Part shown: positions 60,728-64,000 of the stretch, piece after piece
How the letters are laid out: every line of letters begins with the position of its first letter
Numbering within the stretch: the stretch's first letter is position 1
Assembly: GCA_014191855.1 (NCBI GenBank)
Contig: BJHF01000017.1
Coordinates: forward strand, 5,255 to 69,254
DNA from: Deltaproteobacteria bacterium
GTDB lineage: Bacteria; Myxococcota_A; UBA796; SXON01
DNA: 64,000 nucleotides
Reading direction: 5' to 3'
Notes under the pieces: generated by a model
Databases searched by the model: none
What the model saw: the letters and a program-made list of their open reading frames with translations, nothing else
Told to the model about the DNA's origin: nothing
Translations under genes and position numbers: made by a program

Positions 60728-63286
60728 GTGGTGATCCCCGTTTTTCTCGCGTTGTGGGTCGCGACCGCGCACGCCGATCCGCTCGACGCGCTCGATCTCG
60801 CCGCCCGGGGCTTCTACGCCCGCGCCGAGGAGCAGGAGGCGGCGGGGCGCTTCGGGTCGGCGGCGAGCTTCTACCGGCTGGTCCTGGAGCACGACCCCGG
60901 GTTTGTGCCGGCGCTGCTCGGCTATGGGCGGGCACTGGAGGCCCAGGGACTCCGTGCGGAGGCCGAGCGCCTGTACCGGGAGCAGCCCAGCGATCCGGAC
61001 GTGATCGAAGCGCTCGCGACGCTCATTGAGGCCGAGCACCCCGACGAGGCGTTGAGCCTGTGGCGGCAGCTGGAGATCGCCCACCTCGGCGATCCCACGC
61101 CCTTTCTGCACCAGGCACGGCTGCTGCTCCGCGGAGCGGACCTCGCGGCGGCGCGAGGGGCGTGGGAGACGTATGTAACCCTGCTTCAAGGCTCAGAACC
61201 CGACGGTGCTACGCTCCTCGCCCTCGCGGACGCCGATCCCGCCGGCGCCGAACCGCTCCTGCGCGCCTACGTCGAGCTCTTCCCGGAAGGCGGGCAAGCT
61301 GCGGAGGTGCACCAGCGGCTCGACCGCCTGGAGCTCGAGGCCGCGGCCGCGCTTGTGGATCTCGGTGCGGACGAGCCGCTCACCGCGGAATTGACCGCGT
61401 TGGCCGTGCGCGTGGAGGCGGCGCTTGCGCAGGGGGACGTCGTTACCGCCACGGCGGTGGCCGGAGAGCTGGTCACGCGGGCACCCGGCTCGTCGCAGGC
61501 CCACGGCGCCTACGCGGATGCGCTGGCGGCGGGTGGGGCGTGGAGCGAAGCCGAGGTCCAAGCTCGGATCGCGCGGCGGCTTGCGCCGGACGACGCGGGT
61601 GCGAGGGCGCGCCTCGGTCGGCTGCTCGCGGATGCGTACGGGGGGCGGGGCAACGCGGAGGCGCTCGATGAGCTGGTAGCCGCCTGTCGGCTGCGCAGCG
61701 GGGACGCGGCGCTGCGGTTCCAACTCGCGGAAGTGCAGCAGGCGACCCTACGCTTCGACGATGCCGTGGCCTCGTATCGGGCCGTGCTCAGCGCCGATCC
61801 GCACGGGGAATGGGCGGCTCCCGCCGCCGAGCGCCTGGTTGCGCTCACCCGGGACGTGCCTGAGCTCCCGCCACTGGCAGCGGGCGCAGCTCCCCCGGTT
61901 TCCCCCGAGGCGATCTACCACTGGAAGTTAGCGAACGAGCTGCTACGGCGAGGGCGGCGTCCCGAGGCGGAGGCGGAGTTGGACCTGGCGCTTGCCGCGG
62001 AGCCCACGTTCCCCCGGCTGCTGAACGTCCGCGCGGCGCTGTACAACGAGGCTGGCCAGCGCGCGGAGGCCGTGGCGTTGTGGAAGCGGTCTCTCGGCGC
62101 CGCACCCGACCAACCCGACGTATGGCGCAACCTCGCTGGCGTCGCGACGGACCGGGCCGAAGCGTCGGCCTGCCTGCGGGAGGCTGCGGCGCTCGGGGAT
62201 GCAGACGCGAGCTACTTGCTGGCGAAGCAAGCGCGGGACATCGGCGACTGGAGCACGGCGGAGTCGGAGCTCGATGCCTACGAGGCCACCGCCTCGCTCG
62301 GCTCGGGCTCCCGCGAGGCGGCGCGGGCGCTGCGCACGGAGATCGAGGGGCGCCAACGGGCCTTTATCGGCCTGGGCCTCGCGGTGGGTGTCGTGGGTGT
62401 CGGCGCGCCGGCGGTGTGGTGGTGGCGGCGCCGATCGGGGCGCACGCTGCGCGAGCTGCTCACGGCGATCCCCGAGAACTGGCACGAAGCGGCGCGGTAC
62501 CTCGCCGCGATCCGGCATGAGGTGCTGAAGCACAACACGACGGTACTTCCCGAGGTGGCGGCGGCGATTGAAACGGGGGACCTTGCCCCGTGGGAGGCGC
62601 TCTCGCAGCGGCTGCCCGAGCTCTCCGACAAGCTCCACGCGTACGAGGATGCGCTGATCACCCTTGGTCGCACCCGCGGCGTTCGGTTCGTTCCGGAGCT
62701 TGACCCGACCGTGGGCCCGCTCAATCGGGCGTTTGCGCGACTGTTACGAATCCGTCGCCCTGATCCGGATGAATTACTCGACCTCAGCCGAATCATCAAT
62801 GAGGACGCCTACGTGGCGTTGGGCGCCATCGTCCGCGAGATTTGTGTACTCCGTTGCGACGAGGCGCTGGTTCGCGAGGTCTATCAGCGCGTTTGCGCCG
62901 AGCCGGGCTTCGCCGGCGCGCCACTGCCAGACCTTTGGGTCACTGGCGACACGTTGACACTCCGCCTCTTTCGCCCCGATCTCGAGGACATCCTCGCCAA
63001 TCTGCTGCGCAACGCGCTCTCGGCCGGCGCCACCACGGTGGCGGTTTCACTCGCAGATACGGAGGATGAGGTGACCGGGCATCCGCTCGCGGAGATCGCG
63101 ATCATCGACGATGCGCCCGGTACCTTGACCAATGCCATGATCCGGAGCCGGTTTATCGGGCGCGGCCTGGGCCTGGCGGTAGACCTGACGAATCGGCACG
63201 GCGGGAGCATCCGGGTGGACAGCCGCGCGGAGGGGGCGAAGGCGGTGGTCGTGCAGTTCCAGCTGGCGGAGGGGGGAGGGGAGTAG
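60728..63286 (+). CDS. TPR-repeat / transmembrane / HATPase_c-like protein (no recognisable HisKA)
   Basis: Signal peptide VIPVFLALWVATAHA. Many TPR-like helices are present (AASFYRLVLEHDPGFVPALLGYGRAL...). The TM segment is FIGLGLAVGVVGVGAPAVWWW. The C-terminus reads ILANLLRNALSAGATTV...IIDDAPG...GRGLGLAVDLTNRHGGSIRV. Confidence 0.7.
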   Translation: MVIPVFLALWVATAHADPLDALDLAARGFYARAEEQEAAGRFGSAASFYRLVLEHDPGFVPALLGYGRALEAQGLRAEAERLYREQPSDPDVIEALATLIEAEHPDEALSLWRQLEIAHLGDPTPFLHQARLLLRGADLAAARGAWETYVTLLQGSEPDGATLLALADADPAGAEPLLRAYVELFPEGGQAAEVHQRLDRLELEAAAALVDLGADEPLTAELTALAVRVEAALAQGDVVTATAVAGELVTRAPGSSQAHGAYADALAAGGAWSEAEVQARIARRLAPDDAGARARLGRLLADAYGGRGNAEALDELVAACRLRSGDAALRFQLAEVQQATLRFDDAVASYRAVLSADPHGEWAAPAAERLVALTRDVPELPPLAAGAAPPVSPEAIYHWKLANELLRRGRRPEAEAELDLALAAEPTFPRLLNVRAALYNEAGQRAEAVALWKRSLGAAPDQPDVWRNLAGVATDRAEASACLREAAALGDADASYLLAKQARDIGDWSTAESELDAYEATASLGSGSREAARALRTEIEGRQRAFIGLGLAVGVVGVGAPAVWWWRRRSGRTLRELLTAIPENWHEAARYLAAIRHEVLKHNTTVLPEVAAAIETGDLAPWEALSQRLPELSDKLHAYEDALITLGRTRGVRFVPELDPTVGPLNRAFARLLRIRRPDPDELLDLSRIINEDAYVALGAIVREICVLRCDEALVREVYQRVCAEPGFAGAPLPDLWVTGDTLTLRLFRPDLEDILANLLRNALSAGATTVAVSLADTEDEVTGHPLAEIAIIDDAPGTLTNAMIRSRFIGRGLGLAVDLTNRHGGSIRVDSRAEGAKAVVVQFQLAEGGGE

Positions 63287-63359
63287 GGGCGGATTCGCAC
63301 GCCAAGGACCGCTGGACGCGGGCACGCCCGCGACTACTCTCGTAGCAGTGGGGTTTGGT

Positions 63360-64000
63360 ATGCGTCGTGGGGCGCGGGACTTGAACCTGGAGGTTCGCTG
63401 GCGCCGGCGATTCGTTCCGGTGGGCACCGTCGCCGATCCGACTCCGGATGGCGTGTGGCTGGATGTCGGGGGTCGCCTCCAGCCGGGAATGCTGGATGCC
63501 CATCAGGGGGGCTCGGCCACCACCGCGGAGCTGGTCGTGCGGCATCCGGAGCTGGCCTACGGGCACCTCATGTCCGAGTGGCTCCGCCGCTACGACGACG
63601 GTCAGGATCTCCGTGGTCGAACGTGGTCGCCGACGCTCATCCTGCACACCGAGCCGGACTTCGACTGTGTGGTTGCTACGTTCCTCGTTGAGCGCCTGGT
63701 GGAAGAGGGCGCGCTTCCCGACTACGCGCCGGCCTTGGCGGCCTACTCCGCGGAAGTTGACGCGGGACGGTACCCAATCGATCTTGCCGTGCCCGCTTCG
63801 TACACGGCCCCCGTTCACATGGCCTATCTCCTCCTCCAGCGCCTGAAACGGGACCTGGGGTTGGATGACACGGCCATCCTTGAGCTGGGCGCGCACATGG
63901 TGGCAACGGTGTGTGAGGCCATCGTTCGGGCAAAGGGCAGGGCGGCGCCCTGGGACTTCACGCCGCATCGCCTCCCCGCCGGCGCGCTTGACGGGGGGCA
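63360..64000 (+). CDS. Hypothetical protein, 3' end runs off the window
   Basis: Absent from the ORF track because it has no stop. My translation from ATG 63360 gives MRRGARDLNLEVRWRRRFVPVGTVADPTPDGVWLDVGGRLQPGMLDAHQGGSATTAELVVRHPELAYGHLMSEWL...LILHTEPDFDCVVATFLVERLVEEGALP. The frame stays open to the window end with coding-like composition. Confidence 0.5.
   Translation, partial: MRRGARDLNLEVRWRRRFVPVGTVADPTPDGVWLDVGGRLQPGMLDAHQGGSATTAELVVRHPELAYGHLMSEWLRRYDDGQDLRGRTWSPTLILHTEPDFDCVVATFLVERLVEEGALPDYAPALAAYSAEVDAGRYPIDLAVPASYTAPVHMAYLLLQRLKRDLGLDDTAILELGAHMVATVCEAIVRAKGRAAPWDFTPHRLPAGALDGG

Overview
This is a 64-kb, roughly 70% GC, gene-dense bacterial chromosomal segment. All calls rest on motifs I read myself, because no homology search was possible. 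The gene content suggests a Myxococcota-like organism, by inference only: sigma-54 activator, FHA protein, hybrid kinases, CotH kinases, and many lipoproteins with thrombospondin-type-3 (TSP3) Ca-binding repeats. Most long ORFs in the track that lie opposite a real gene are antisense shadow ORFs typical of high-GC DNA, and several real genes start well inside their listed ORF.

Housekeeping genes include cmk, rpsA, guaA, xerD, rsmB, an rlmB-like gene, a gshA-like gene and a lysC-lysA fusion.

Five observations stand out:
1. An isolated RT-Cas1 fusion (1173 aa, with a ~410-aa N-terminal region I cannot assign) is translationally coupled to a Cas2-like gene (52533-56284). I could find no spacer-bearing CRISPR array and no effector genes anywhere in the window.
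2. This module lies in a ~7.4-kb island bounded by homologous leader-like segments. Each leader is followed by tandem 51-bp hairpin repeats without spacers (50153-50350 and 57295-57442). Degenerate copies occur inside the island, which also holds an 880-bp partly low-GC non-coding gap.
3. Two tandem thioredoxin-fold lipoprotein genes (2834-4317) each carry an in-frame TGA exactly at the first Cys of the CxxC motif. Each TGA is followed by an identical 21-nt hairpin block, so I predict UxxC selenoproteins with SECIS elements.
4. A Clp/Hsp100-type AAA+ ATPase is fused to a complete but catalytically degenerate RF2-like release-factor module. It is inserted together with an MBOAT pair between cmk and rpsA.
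5. A bacterial C-type lectin with EPN/WND motifs sits next to two CotH-family genes.
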